NCBI GenBank assembly: GCA_030390025.1
Contig: CM059431.1
Span: 127,722,001-127,786,000 of the forward strand
Source: Squalus acanthias
Taxonomy: Eukaryota
Direction of reading: 5' to 3'
DNA: 64,000 bases
This document shows positions 49,140-62,814 of this stretch, one piece after another; the first letter of the stretch is position 1, and each line of letters starts with the position of its first letter. The translations under genes and the position numbers were made by a program. The notes under the pieces are model-generated. The model was not told the DNA's origin. It saw only the letters and a program-made list of their open reading frames with translations, and searched no databases.

Positions 49140-50811
49140 GGGCTGAATTTTACTAACCATGGCGGGCGACGTCGGTGGTGAGTCCCAGCATCACTGCTGG
49201 CTCCAGCCCACTGTCCAAAATGATTTTCCCCTGATTGGGCTTGTTAAGCCCGACCAGCGCATTTGTCAGACACAATTGAAGGAAGCGGGTCTGATGAAGT
49301 CATTTGATGATGCTTCATCAGGCCAGTTTCTTAAAGGGACCATACGCAAATTGATTTTGACATTTGTACTGTCAGTGTTCTACAGCATTCAGGTGCTGCA
49401 AACACTGACAAGCACTGCACAAAGGTGCACGGCTGCACCCAGGCTCTCCCATGACTCCCTCCATATGCTTATGGAAGGAGTCACAGCACGCAGGGAGGTT
49501 CTCTTCCCTTCTCATGGGTGGAAAAGACCTCCCCAGGAGACCAACGCAGCCTGGTTGCACATTGCACAGGAGGACACAAGCAGGGATGTCGTCAGGAGGA
49601 CCAGGCTGCAGTGTCGCAAACCTTTCAATGATCTCAGTAGATCACGAAACGTTACTGCAAAGCCACACTCACACTAACATACCTTGCACCTCCACCCATC
49701 CCTCTCTATCTACATTATCACATCCCCATCTCACTAGCCACCCCTCACACTCACCCTCATCCTAGTACAATAATACCAACTAACAACACACAAGGGTAGG
49801 CACTTGGGTGTTTTATGCAATGTTTATGTAAAGTTTCTGTTAATGTGCTGGCAAACATTGAAACCTTTATTTTCAACACTTTGCGTTCTTGGACAGATTT
49901 GTGTGAACCTTTGGAAGTGGCTTAGTGAGTTGCAGTGAATGGTGAGACATAACGGTAACCCCCGCAATGGTGATGAATGTGAAAGAAATGGCTTGGACAT
50001 TGTAGGGATACTTTACGGTGTTGGTGTGGGGTGGTGCCAACCTGGTGCATCATTTGGCAGGGTGTACAGCAGCAAGCGAAGTAAATCTGGCTATGGTGAG
50101 GCCATCTTTGGCCTCCTGGGCAGCAATGTGGTTGGGTGCTGATGCCCTGTGTCCTGTGCAGCATTAGTTGATTGCGGAGAAGGTTGGTGTTGTTGTTAGT
50201 GCTGCTGGTGTGCCTGGTGCTGCTGGTGTTGGGGCTGATCGTGGTGGGATTCTGAGGACCAAGGTGAGATAGTTTCAAGGGCACCGATGCTGATTTAATA
50301 GATGGCAGGTGAACTTGAGATGACAGAAGCGATCTGTCAATGGTGAGACAGGTTGTTCCAATGAGGTGACACTGGATAGAGAGTTTGCTCCAAACACTTG
50401 CAACCTGCATAAAGCTCAATATGTCTTTCAAATGCAATAACAATAGCTTCTGAGTTTGGAAAGTGAACAGCTGTGAAGTGGGAGCTTTAATAGCACATTT
50501 GCAGCTGTCAAGTAATGAGATGATTCTATGGCCATTCAACCCCGCCCTGATTATCTGACGTGATCCCCGAGCAGTGTGGACCCCGTGGGCGACCAGGTAA
50601 ACTCTGAAGGTGAGCTGAAAATAGTTCTTAATGCTCTGTTAACAAGGTCATAATGACCTTAATTGCCTCCCCCGCCGCTGCATGTTGGATCTGCTCAGCG
50701 CTGACAGACCCGGCATTTGACAGCGGGGTCCCGACCCGCTGTCAAAAAAATCAATTTTCCTACTCGACCTGCCACCGATCACAGCCGCTGAATCCCCGAT
50801 AAATTCCCCCC
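49140..50811. mobile_element. Internally deleted Harbinger derivative E
   Basis: TIRs GGGCTGAATTTTA / TAAATTCCCCCC; keeps Myb exon 1 (AAPRLSHDSLHMLMEGV..AWLHIAQE..LQCRKPFNDL) and, on minus, the transposase 5' Q-rich start joined to its extreme 3' end. Confidence 0.8.
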
Positions 50812-53489
50812 TGTGTGTTTCTCAGTCAGCCTTTGAAAAGCTGGAGAAGCACATGTGAGGACATATGTGGAGGACACAATATCCAGCTTAGACCCTACTA
50901 CTACTCCACCCCACCCCCTCCCATCCCTCGAGTCACACTATCATATAGTTAGATATTAGGCACCCATTTCATTGTTGATTTGTTTTTGGCATTGCTCTAA
51001 GGAAAGGGTTAATCGGACTGTCTTGAAGTCTGCTAATGTTATATTGCTATTGATTTCTCAGTATATTGTAGTAACAGTGACCTTTAACTTATGCCTGTTA
51101 AGTGAGGAAGTATAAGTCAATTTAGATGCAGTGACCACTGAAACTGTTAAATTAAGACTGACCGTAAAGCAATTGTCAGTTTAGACAATAAACCTTAATA
51201 CAAGACATTCCAGTGCATACTGCAGTGCACTTTTAATAGCTGATTACAAGCTCTGCAGAAGGGCACATTTGCAACTGCATAATCCTTTTAAAAAGCAGGG
51301 GATTGGTATGGAATGGTACAGATTTATAATGACATGTTTCACTTGGTAGAATAGTAACAAGAGTGAAACTATCAATAAGATAGCAAAGTAGAGTAGTATG
51401 ATTCTTAAACTGTAATATCTTAAAGTAGTTTGAAGTATACAGCAATTCTAAGGTTATAACCACCTGCTTAATGAGAAAACTTAATAGGAGACATGGGAAA
51501 CAAAGGGTTCAGCACAGACACAGGACAGGCCGAAATGCTCCCTTTGTTCATTCATTAGAAGAGAGGCCTTAAAGCCTTACTTAAGATAAGCACCTGCCTG
51601 AGAAAGATCACAGCCTACAACCTGGGAAGTTAGGGAGTGTAGTCAAGTAAAGGGACAGAACATAATCAAATCAATGTTGAATGATACAAAATATGAAACA
51701 TGCAAATAATCACATAGAAGGAGTGAGAAAAAGGTATAAAAAGTGGGCGTTGGAACAGATACATTAAAATTCGATTAAGATCCGATCAAACTGTATACCA
51801 AGCTTGGAACTGTAACTCATTTGAATTCTCTGGCTAAAACTTGCAAGGTTTTGTCATAAGTATCATCCAAATGGCATCTCGCCCTCAACCTCCCCGTTAT
51901 TTTTAAGAACTTGCTGAATTTGCACATTAAACTTGCCGCCAAAAGTTAGGGCTCGTACTTAACAACGTAAGTACCTTTTTACGTGATAATATTAATACAA
52001 TACCAATCAACCTCTCCGGCCCAGAAAGGGAGCAATATTAACTGTTCAGTTTCATTTCCTGAATGTAGTAATTTCAAATTTTAAAACGGATAGAAAACAG
52101 GGAGGGGAGAGGAAAGGCAGTTCCCCTCCTCAGAGGGAAGTGTATACCTTTAAAAGCAAAAACAAACGTGTATCTATAAAGCACCAACCTCAGTCTAAAT
52201 CATTCGAATAACTGCAGCTTTTTCCTTTGAGTAATTAATCTGTGCCTGCGGCAAATTTGTATTAACACAGAGCCCAGTAATTGGCATGCACTGTTGAAGC
52301 AAACCTACTCTCAAATTTTAATTTCTCTGTAAGCAACTTATACCAAGTCCCACTTTGTTTCTGATAATTTGCTCTACTCTCAGATATGTATTTTGAGCAA
52401 ATAGTATTGATGTTGTCGCTTTATTCATAGCCAAACACAAGCAGTGCTCTCAAATGAGTGTGTGTTGTTCCACCCTGATTGTCAATTGCCAATTAACCAC
52501 GATAAATTACTTTTAAAATGATGCACAAGGCATGTTAATGTTTCATTAACATCAATGCAGAACTGCAACCAAATACCATAAATTTAACAGCTTATACAAT
52601 CACAAATCATTGCCAAAGCTGGAGAGGTCACAAACTTCAAAAAAGGAAAAACAGGACACCTGCAGATAAAAATCAATGCTCTCAAGATAGCGAAGCAACA
52701 TTAAAGGATTATTTTCTTTTAATGATACCTGAAATCCTCCTTTAAATATTGAATAAAAACTTCAGAGAGGATTGGATGGTGCAGTAGATTAAAACAATGG
52801 GGTTTTTTTCACTTCTGAAACTGCAAAGCAGCCCAGACTGATGGTATAAAACATTCCTCCCTTATTGACTTCAATGGGCCAGTTCTACTACCACTTTTGC
52901 GTCAAAGTGAAGCAGTTTTGGATGTACATCAATATTAAATCAAGATTGAGAGCAGCACCTCATGGAAGTAGTGCCACACTGCTTGGGTCCCCCACCAAGT
53001 GTAGTCATTTGAAGTGCCTGGGAACATTTTAATCTTAACTTTTAGCCCTGGAGTTTCTGCTTGGTTGCGTTGCTTTTATCGGTGTAATTCGGCCGAAATT
53101 GATGTAGCTGCCGCAAAAGATCGAGGAATATTAAGCGCAAATTACGTTCAGCGCAATTCGTTTTTCCACGATCTTTTTCGCTAGTTTAAAAACATTGTGC
53201 TAGAAGCTAGCCCCGCCCCCAAAACTGGCCACACCCCCAGGATGAATTAATCACCATTGGGAGTTTCTGTTAATTGTGCTCGTTTGTGGGCCTTTGAGGA
53301 GGCTCTAAAAATTAAGCTGGTTCCTTTGGGCGCAGGAACGTTTTAAAAGCTTTTGAAAGTTTTATTGTTAATTTACTAAGAAGCTGACTACTGTACCCCA
53401 ATATAACAAGAAATGTTTGTGTATATTTTTGAAAAGTAATTTTCACTCATTTAAAAATGGTTTACTCACAGGTGGTGGATTGACACTGT

Positions 53490-54334
53490 GGGCACGATCT
53501 TGCCAGACCTGGGGAGGCGGGTTTAGAGGCGGGACTGCCGGGAAAATGGCAGAATCTGGGGGCGGGTACCCATCCTGCCCCCAACCCGCCTCCGTGCCAT
53601 CTTCCCAGGAGGCGGGTAGCCGACCCGCGCTGGGTCCTGTCTCCTGGAGGCGGGAAGGGGATTACAGCCACTTAACTGCCTGTTAACAGGTAGTTAACAG
53701 GCAGTTAAGAGGATTATCCCCAATTTTCCAGCAGAGGTGCAGACTTCCCGATGTCGAGAAACCCCACCAGGGACACCGAGGCGAGCAGTGGGTCTGTGGG
53801 GGTCAGAGGGGTCCAAAAGTGCGCTGTGAAGGTAAGTGATGGGTGCAAGTATGGAGAGGTGAGTATGTGAGGTGAGTGGAAAGTGATAGAAAATGCTTAC
53901 TTACCTTTGTTTCTTCCTGCAGGCTTCAACAGTTGGGGATGCGGAGAGTCTCACATCTCACTGGCAGAGATGACAGATGGCTGCTGCATTCTCAGATGCA
54001 ACAGCCAACTAATTTCTGCTCACAAAAGAGGTTTGATGAGTCTCGAATACAAGAACTCATCAGACAACAGAGAATGTCAGTGTTTGACAGCTTCACAGAG
54101 CTGTCAAACTATGACAATTCATCTGTCAAAAATTTTTAACAGATGAAACGTCATACGCTGACATTCTCTGTAACTGGCTTCCCCTTAATTGGCCTGCTAA
54201 GCCCGCTGGGCGGGCTTAACAAGGTCAATCAAGGGAAAATAGCGTGGGTTGGCCAGAAGTCGATGGAGGCGGGACTAAAACCCGACAAGCAGCAGTCCCG
54301 CCTCCAACGCGCCCCCATTGACAAAATCGCCCCC
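53490..54334. mobile_element. Harbinger-type MITE (family 3)
   Basis: TIRs GGGCACGATCTTG / CAAAATCGCCCCC; TSD TGT; inverted homolog of 62815-63660; apparently nested in an older element (approx. 53045-54570). Confidence 0.8.
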
Positions 54335-54914
54335 TGTGATTAAAAATGCTTAATATTTGTAATAAACCCATTTTCAGCGATATTAATCAAACTGCACCAA
54401 GTTACCACTCTTAAATATATCAAGGAATATTTTTAAAGCAATTTTTTTTAAATTACGTTTTAAAATACTGCCTGATTGGGCAGATTTTGCGTCCAACGAT
54501 ATGTAAATGAGTTTGAGCAGAATTTGCGCCCGTTTCGCCCATTGCGCCAAAGCGGAAACCTTTAATGTTAGTAGAAATCTGAGTATGATGTTGGCTAGTC
54601 TCAACATTAAAATTTCCCAACATTTGAGAGCAAGTGGGCAGAGCTTAGCTGTTGCTGGGCAGCGTGCAAAACTGCCGGTCTTGAGTTGCACTCTACATAC
54701 AGAAATTTGGGAGCACTTCCGGTGTAACAGAGGGCAACTAATACCCAAAAAAACATCCCCCAGGAAGGAGTGAACATTTCAGGATTGGCAAGGGAATGAA
54801 AGAATCACATCTGATTTTGTAAGTTAAACAGTGACTAGCCATTTCACTTTGCATCATAACATTACATATTAAATCAGTTATTTCAGCTTATAATCCTAAA
54901 CAGATGAAACAATT

Positions 54915-55290
54915 AATCATAGAGATTTACAGCACACAAGAATCATAGAATAATACGACACAGAAGGAGGCCATTCGGCCCATCATCCCTTGCTAATTCT
55001 GAAGAAGGCCATTCAGCCCATTAAACCGGCTGAAAAAGCTGAAAGCTATCCATTTAGTCTTATTCCCTTACCCTTTCATCATAGCCTTTTAAATTTATCT
55101 TTTCCAAATATTTCTCCATTTTCATTTTAAAAACTATTATGGAATACAGAAAGCAGGGTAGGGCATTCCGTGTCTCAACTCTGAGTTAAAGAAAAACTGC
55201 CCTAACCTCTCTCTTTGTTCTTTTGGTGATGATTTTACCTTTATGCCCTCTAGTTACTGACTGACTGAAAATAGTTGTTCCCTATTTAGC
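54915..55290 (-). mobile_element. Old CR1 3' end fragments
   Basis: ATCATAGAA..ACAGAAGGAGGCCATTCGGCCC tail signature plus decayed 3' ORF2 sequence. Confidence 0.6.
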
Positions 55291-57012
55291 GGGGTAAATG
55301 ATAGAATCTATTATTAAGGATATGGTATCAGGGCACTTGGAAAATCACAATATGATTAGGCAGCATCAACACGGTTTTATGAAAGGTAAATCATGTTTGA
55401 CAAATCTATTAGAGCTTTTTGAGCGTGTAACTAGAAGGTTAGATAAGTGAGAACCAGTGGATGTAGTATATTTGGATTTTTAGAAGGCATTCGATAAGGT
55501 GCCGCACAAGAGATTGTTCCACAAGATTAGTGCTCATGGCATTGGGGGTAATACACTAGCATGGATTGAGGATTGGTTAACGGACAGAAAACAGAGTAGG
55601 AATAAACGGGTCATTTTCAGGATGGCAGGGTGTAACTAGTGGAGTACCGCAAGGATCAGTGCTTGGGACTCAGCTATTTACAATCTATATCAATGACTTT
55701 TATGAGAGAACCGAGTGTAATATATCCAAGTTTACTGACGATACAAAGCTAGGAGGGAAAGTGAGCTGTGAGGAGGACACAAAGAGACTGCAAAGGGATA
55801 TAGACAGGTTAAGTGATTGGGCAAGAAGATGGCAGATGGAGCATAATGTGGGGAAGTGTGAAATTACTCACTTTGGTAGGAAGAATAGAAGAGCAGAATA
55901 TTTTTAAAAGGTGACAGACTAGTAAATGTTGGTATGTAGACAGATTTGGGGGTCTTTGTACACGAATCATAGAAAGTTAACATGCAGGTACAGCAAGCAA
56001 TTAGGAAGGCAAATGGCATATTGGCCTTTATTGCAAGGGGGTTGGAGTACAAGAGTAAGGATGTATTGTTGCAATTATATAGGGCTTTGGTGAGACCACA
56101 CCTGGAGTACTGTGTAAAGTTTTGGTCTCCTTACCTAAGAAAGGGTAAACTTCTTACAGGACTAGACAGATTAGATGCAGGAAGGATGTTCCCAATGGCC
56201 GGGGAGTCCAGAACCAGGGGTTTCAGTCTAAGGATAAGGGGTAAGCCATTTAGGACTGAGATGAGGAGGAATTTCTTCACCCAGAGAGTGATGAACCTGT
56301 GGAATTCTCTACCACAGAAGGCAGTAGAGGCCAATTCATTAAATATATTCAAGAAGGAGTTAGATATATTTCTTAAAGCTAAAGCTAAAGGGATCAAGGG
56401 ATATGGGGAGAAAGCAGGGACAGGGTACTGAATTTGGATGATCAGCCATGATCTCATTGAATGGCGGAGCAGGCTCGAGGGGCTGAATGGCCTACTCCTG
56501 CTCCCATCTTCTATGTTTCTATGCCTTGGAGGGGGGACAACAAAGGTTCACTGGATTGATTCCTGGAATGAGGGGGCTGTCCTATGAGAAGAGATTGAGT
56601 AGTTTAGAAGAATGAGAGGTGATCTCATTGAAAATTATAACATTTTTCGAAGGCTTGACAGGGTAGAAGCTGAGAGGCTGTTTCCCCTGGCTAGAGAGTC
56701 TAGAACTAGGGGGTCTTAGTTTCAGGATAAGGGGTCGACCATTTAGGACTGAGATGAGGAGAAATTTCTTTACTCAGAGGGTTGTAAATCTTTGGATTTC
56801 TCTAAACTAGAGGGCTGTGGATGCTCAGTCGATGAGTATATTCAAGACAGAGATCGATAGATTTTTGGGCACTAAGGGAATCAAGGAATTTGAGGGTAGG
56901 GCAGTGGAGTTGATATAGATGTTCAGCCATGATCGTATTGAATGGCGGAGCAGGCTCGAGGGGCCATATAGCCTACTCCTGCTCCTATTTCTTATGTTAC
57001 TATGTTCTTATG
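55291..57012 (+). mobile_element. 5'-truncated CR1 LINE with a second CR1 3' end nested at approx. 56148-56523
   Basis: RT motifs KFTDDTKLGG and RPHLEY; two successive 3' ends (tails TTCTATGTTTCTATG and TTCTTATGTTACTATGTTCTTATG); host frame resumes after 56523. Confidence 0.88.
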
Positions 57013-57065
57013 TTAAACTTTTCTCATATCTGCTATTGGTGGTCCAGATCTCATTATATTGTTTA

Positions 57066-59047
57066 TTACACCTGTATCTTGGTCAATGTTAATTTTCTAT
57101 TATTCCACACATGCTTAGCCAATAGGCAGAATGTGGTAGTTGCCTTTCTGATGCAAGAGTTTAGTTCATTATTTATATCCAACACAGTTGATCCTAGGTA
57201 GCAGAACTTCTGTACAACTTCTAGCGTGTTGTTAGCTATTGAAAATTCTAGTCCAGTCAACGCACCCTGTACCGTGATCATTGTCTTCTTTGGACTGATG
57301 GTTAGTCCAAATTGATCGCAAGCTAGCAAAAAGCTATTGCAAAGTTGTATAAGTTCCAATTCCCTGTGTGCAATGAGCACTGCATTATTGGTGAAAATAA
57401 GTTCTCTTATCAATAGATGTTTGATTTTACTCTTTGATCTTAGGCATGCAATTATTAAAGAGTTTTCCATCTGATCTTGTATAGAGTAATGCATCTTTGG
57501 CACTAGAACGTAAAATGAAGCAACAAAGAGAAAAATATACCAAAGACTGTTGGTGCCAAAGCACATGCTTGTTTGACACCACTATGGATTTCAAAGCTGG
57601 CAAATTGATTACCATTGTACTGGATTGTAGCCTTCATGCTATTATCGAAGGAGGACTGGAGGGGTAACCAACTCTCCCCATCAATTGTAAAAGGCCCTTT
57701 CTGCTAACCTGGTCAAAAGCTTTTGTAGAATCCATAAAGGTCATGTAAATACGTTTTTTCTGCTTCTGACACTTTTCTTCCAGTTGCTGGGGTACAAAGA
57801 CTATGTTAACAGTTGATCTTCGAGCGTGAAAGCCGCACCCATTCTCTGGATCAGCACGTTCAACACATATCTGCAATATTTTAAGAATGGCTCATGCAAA
57901 TCCCTTTCCAGCAAGATCAAGGAGAGAAATTCTCCTATAGTTGTTGCAATTACTCTAATAACCTTTGTTTTTGTACAACAGAATGCTGTTGGCATCCTTC
58001 ATGTCTTGTGGTACCCCTCCTTCCATCCAGCAGGCATGCAAGACATTGCGCAGATGTTTAAGTGAAACCTGTCCTTTTTGTTTCAGTACTTCAGCTGAAA
58101 TTCCATCTTTTCCTGCAACTTTTCACAATGCTAGGGATGGGTTTGCCTTTTCAAGCTCATCTATGGGCTCTATGTTAAGCTCCTCGATGGTCTGAAGCCT
58201 GGAGATCACTTTTAATGCTGCTTCAGTAACAGTAGTTTCATGTGAATAAAGTTCATTATAATATTCTACCCAGCATTGCATCTGCTTGTCCTTATCAGTG
58301 ATGATGTTTTCATTGTGGGATTTGAGTGGTACAATCTTATTGACTGATAGACCTATTGCTTTCTGTATTCCATCATACATACCTCTTAGCTCTCCATTTT
58401 CAAAGGATGTTTGTATCTTCTTGCACAGATCTAGACAATATGATTGAGCACATTTCTTTGCTGTTTGATGCATTTTTCTTTTAGCCACTCTGAGATTAAC
58501 ACATATCTCAGGAGAGGGATTCATTCTGCGATGGAGATATGCTATGCATTTTACTTCAATAACTGGGACTATTTCCTCTAGGTATGCTGTTAACCAATCT
58601 TCATCTTGCACAATCTTTTACCATAAGCTAAGATGGCAGCTGTAAATATGTATTTGTTCTGAGTGATACCCTGCATCAACATTCAGGGGAGGTGCAATCG
58701 ATAATATTGCTTCTTCGAGATGCAGTAAAATGGAGACACCATCTTTGGTGTTTTGTATTTTTGATATTATTATGTGGGTAACATCTTTTGTACAATGGAA
58801 TATCCTTCATGAAAGCCTTATTTTACAGCATGCAAGTGCATGGTATGTGTGGCAATCTGCACTGTGAAAATTGCAAGAATGAAGAACATCCTGTAGATGC
58901 TTGCTATGGATGATAGTTAAATCTAGTTGGTGCCGGTGTCCAGATATGGGGTGTGTACATGAAATGTTCCAGTGGTGAGAGCCTTGGAATAGGTGTTGGT
59001 AATGTACATTTCTCAGTGGGAGCTTGAGAGCTCAAGAAGTCTTTGCC
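57066..59047 (-). mobile_element. Old RTE-clade LINE ORF (APE C-terminus to RT), decayed
   Basis: QRLLEL, CGFHARRSTVNIVF, FMDSTKAFDQVSR, FGLTISPKKT, VQKFCYLGS motifs. Confidence 0.75.
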
Positions 59048-59579
59048 ACAGTGCTTTTGCATTACCAGTGATAAGAGGTCTGTAACTATAGTTGAGGTGG
59101 ATGGGGAAAGTGTTTACATGGTTAAGTAGGGTTTTCCTATTCTAAATGTTTACATGAAGATTTTGGTGAAGTGTGGGGCTGGGTTCCAGGCATTGTGCAG
59201 AGGGCATAGGGCTGGGCGGTGAGTCGGAGAATGCAGGGGCGAGTGGGTTGTGAATCACCAAGAGAGTGGGGCCAGGAGCTGGGTTTTGTGTTGGGGAGAA
59301 GGGGGCTGGGCACCAGAGAATGAATTGGGGAATGTTGAAACATGAGCTGGCGATGTGTGTGCTTTGCTGGTCCAGGTGCTGGGTGGTGAGACGGAGTGCA
59401 GGATTGGGTGGTGGGCTGCAAATTGGCAGGAGAGTGGAGTTGGAATGGGGCCAAGTATAGTGGACATAGAGGAAACAATCTTGATAAAAAAAGGTGCAAC
59501 TGCCTTGCAGCTTGTTATTGGTTGAACAAATGCTAGGGGAGAAATCCCGTACCAAATCTGCAACTCAGCTCTTCCCACC

Positions 59580-60418
59580 GGCATCACCTGCAGCTGTGCT
59601 GGCTTTCAAATGTCTTGGCCTTCCAAACCTTTGATCCCAGTCCATATGGCTGAGATGGGGCTTTGGTCCTAAGGGAAGCCTTTGTCTCCTTATTTTTTTG
59701 CCTTGGATTATGCACCGAAGGTTTGGATAAGGTGGTCGCCCTCATCCGTACAGAGCATGCTGAGAATCCAGCAGCAATCCTAATAACCAAGGCTTACGGA
59801 TGGACTGCTTGCTCCAATTTAGGGACGGTCGTAGAAGAGGTGGGCTAGTCTACTATTCCTGATTGAAAACAACAATTTTAAAACTTGCTTGTTGGAATGT
59901 GAGGACAATGTGCATTTGTATGTCAAATGATCTAGAGTTTGTTAGAGACCCCAGAAAGACTACCATCCTCAATGGAGAGCTGGCAAACCATGACACTGAT
60001 ATTGCCACGCTCTCTGAGACCAGACTAACTGATGCAGGTTCTTGACGCAAGACGTATTATCACCTTCGGCATGGCAAGAGCCAATGGGACCTGCCGTGAA
60101 CACAGGGTGGGTTTTGCCGTTAAAAAATCATTACGACCCAAGATTGAATGTCCTGTTGCAATGTCAGAACACATTATAGCTTTAAGAATATCTACTACTG
60201 GGTGCTTTGCTGACAGCAACAGTATATATGCCCCAACACTTTCCTCTCCTCTGAAGATAAGAACTTGTTCCATCAGCAACTTGACAGCGTCATCAGTAAG
60301 GTACCACAGGGTGAGCGACTCTATCTGCTAGGAGATTTAACGCTAGAGTTGACTCAGATCAAGACATATGGCTGCTTTGCAATGGCCACCATGGAGTGGG
60401 GAAATGAACAACAATGGG
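59580..60418 (+). mobile_element. 5' part of the same RTE LINE (UTR plus APE N-terminus), inverted
   Basis: LKLACWNVRTM, DIATLSETRL, VGFAVK, SIYAPTL, LYLLGD, ending GEMNNNG. Confidence 0.75.
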
Positions 60419-60779
60419 TAGTAGTAATTGCTGTTTCGAGCTTAACATTAGGAATTTTAAAATGCATACTCAGTGCAGCAATTCGTTTTACAATTTGGAT
60501 CTTTTTGTTCCAATCAAGTTAGAAAAGGATAGCTGAATAAGCAGATAAGTAGTTATGTAATGTAATCTATTTATATTCATCTTGGGAACTGTTCTCGCAA
60601 TTGTTTACATTGGCTAATCATTACATTTGATGAGTTCTGCTCTGATCATTTTTTCTTTCTGATCTGAGGGGAAGAGTTCCGAGTACTTGATGTTTTAATA
60701 CAATTTATTTTAGTGTGTGAGGAAACTCGAATAGGAAACTTTCCGGAGTCAGATGTAAGGTGCCCCATTTGGTTTACAA

Positions 60780-61830
60780 TGAACCCATCTTGTGATATTT
60801 TTGGTTCTCACTGATTTTGTTAGAGTTGTAGTAGATTTAAAGTGGATGAGAATTTTGAAGTTGATGTGCTGAGGAACAAGGAGACAGTGGAGGTAAACAA
60901 GGATTGGGAGGATAGGTTGAACAGGGTATTGCATGGGTTAGGATGTGGATGGCAGAGTTCTGGACTAGTTGGAGTTTACATAGGCTGAAGCTTTGGATCC
61001 CAGAGAGGAGGAAATTGGAAAAGTGGAGTATGGAGGTGACAAAGGATGAATGAAGTTTCAGGTGCAGTGGGGACAAGGTTAGCACAGAGGCAATGGGGGC
61101 AATTTTAACTTAACTCACTTGCTGGGAAACCGACTGTATCGGGTGGAATGCTGAATTTACACCCCGCACAATATTACTCTCCATTGACTTCAACAAAGAG
61201 TAAAATTGGGCAGGGTGTAAAATCAGCATTGCACCTGATCCCATCAGTTTGCCACCAGACACGTTAGGTTATAATTGCCCTCAATCTTTTAGTGATGGAA
61301 ACAGATAGTCTTGATGATGGACTGGATTTGGAATTTGATGCTCAGCTCAGGATCAGCCAGGACACCACAGCTGTGTACACTGTCAGGTTATGTTTGTGCA
61401 GGCAGCCATGGAGAGAAATGGAATCAGGGCTAGGACACCATTTTTTGGCAGGAGTTAAACAGGATGGCTTTGGCGTTGCTGATTTGAGCTACAGAAAAGC
61501 TCTGGCTCATCCATAACTTGATGCCCAACAACAGGATAACAGTCATGAAGTCAAGCATGAAAGTGGAGTCATAAAGCTGGGTATTGTCGACATACATATG
61601 AAAGCTAAAACCTTGCTTACAAACAACGCCAATGTGCAAGGTAACATTAGAATATTGGGCCACACCAGACATAATCATGCAGGTATAGAAGGATGAGTCA
61701 TTGCCAGCGATATGCTGACTACATCGGGATGGGTAGCAATGGAACTGTCAGAGAGAAGTGGCATACAGGTGAAGCTATGGAAAATAAGTAGTGGAGGAAG
61801 GTGGTGTACCTGAGTGTGTTAAAAGGTCAC
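60780..61830 (-). mobile_element. Old L2-type LINE RT remnant interrupted by a MITE
   Basis: FHMYVDNTQLY (YADDTQLY-like), KLQLVQNSAIHILT, PILVYLHCLLV..INFKIL. Confidence 0.6.
61095..61282. mobile_element. Short hairpin MITE (Harbinger-type TIR)
   Basis: TIRs GGGGGCAATTTTAAC / GTTATAATTGCCCTC; TSD AAT. Confidence 0.7.
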
Positions 61831-62814
61831 AATGAATATGAGGAGGCATACTGCACCACAGTTACAGTCACTGATAACTTTAACAAGATGTCAATGCTGT
61901 GTGCAAAACGAAAATCAAATTGAAAAGATTCAAACATGGAGTAGAAAGAGTAATAACCAGGCACTAATACCAATAACAGAGCTGTTTGATTAATGGAATC
62001 CTTGGCTAAATAATTATTCCAAGCCATATTTTCAGAGCTATTGGTGGATATGTTGCTCTGGGAATATAGCTGAATGTCTCTAGCCCAGGCTTAGATAATT
62101 GCATGGTAGGAGGTAATGCAGCAGTTGAACAGGATTTCAAAATACAGGCTCAACCTGGCAGGAGGTTTGCAAAAAGTTTGACAAAAGAAATATTCTAAAA
62201 GTCAGAGGAGGTGAAGGTTTTGTTCAACTGCCAAACCAATCTCCAACCCTCAGAAAGGAAGGTGGTACAAAATCAACCTTGAAAGACTAGAGGCTATGGG
62301 TGAAGCTGAGCTAAAATATTCTCGTATAAACTCTAGTAAGTTTCTTCCAATGATGTTAACTCTGCTCATAGTATGATGAACAGAAACTGTACTGTTGGTG
62401 AAGAATCTATAATTTTTGCATTGCAACAATCTGATGTTACATTTTAAGTGTTCATTGTAATCTCTTGTGAATAAGCATTACTGATTTATGCTACATAAAT
62501 TATTAGAATCTTAGCTGGTGTGCTGAACGGTTATTTTCTTGGGGCTGAAATTCTTGACTTTGCTAATTTTAGTGAAAAAAAAGAACTACAGAAGTTTCCA
62601 GCACAGAAGGAGCCATTCAGCCCATCATGACTATGCTGGCTCTTTGCAAGATGACAAGAAAAAACGTCTACTTTTTTGTCAAATTCGCAAAGATGAATTG
62701 TAGTCCCTTTCTCTCCAGAGTTGAAGCTAGATATCTGTGAGTCCAACAACAAACTGTACAACATGGAAAGCCAAATATCCCCACGGCTACAATTTTGAGT
62801 TGCTTTGACACAGA

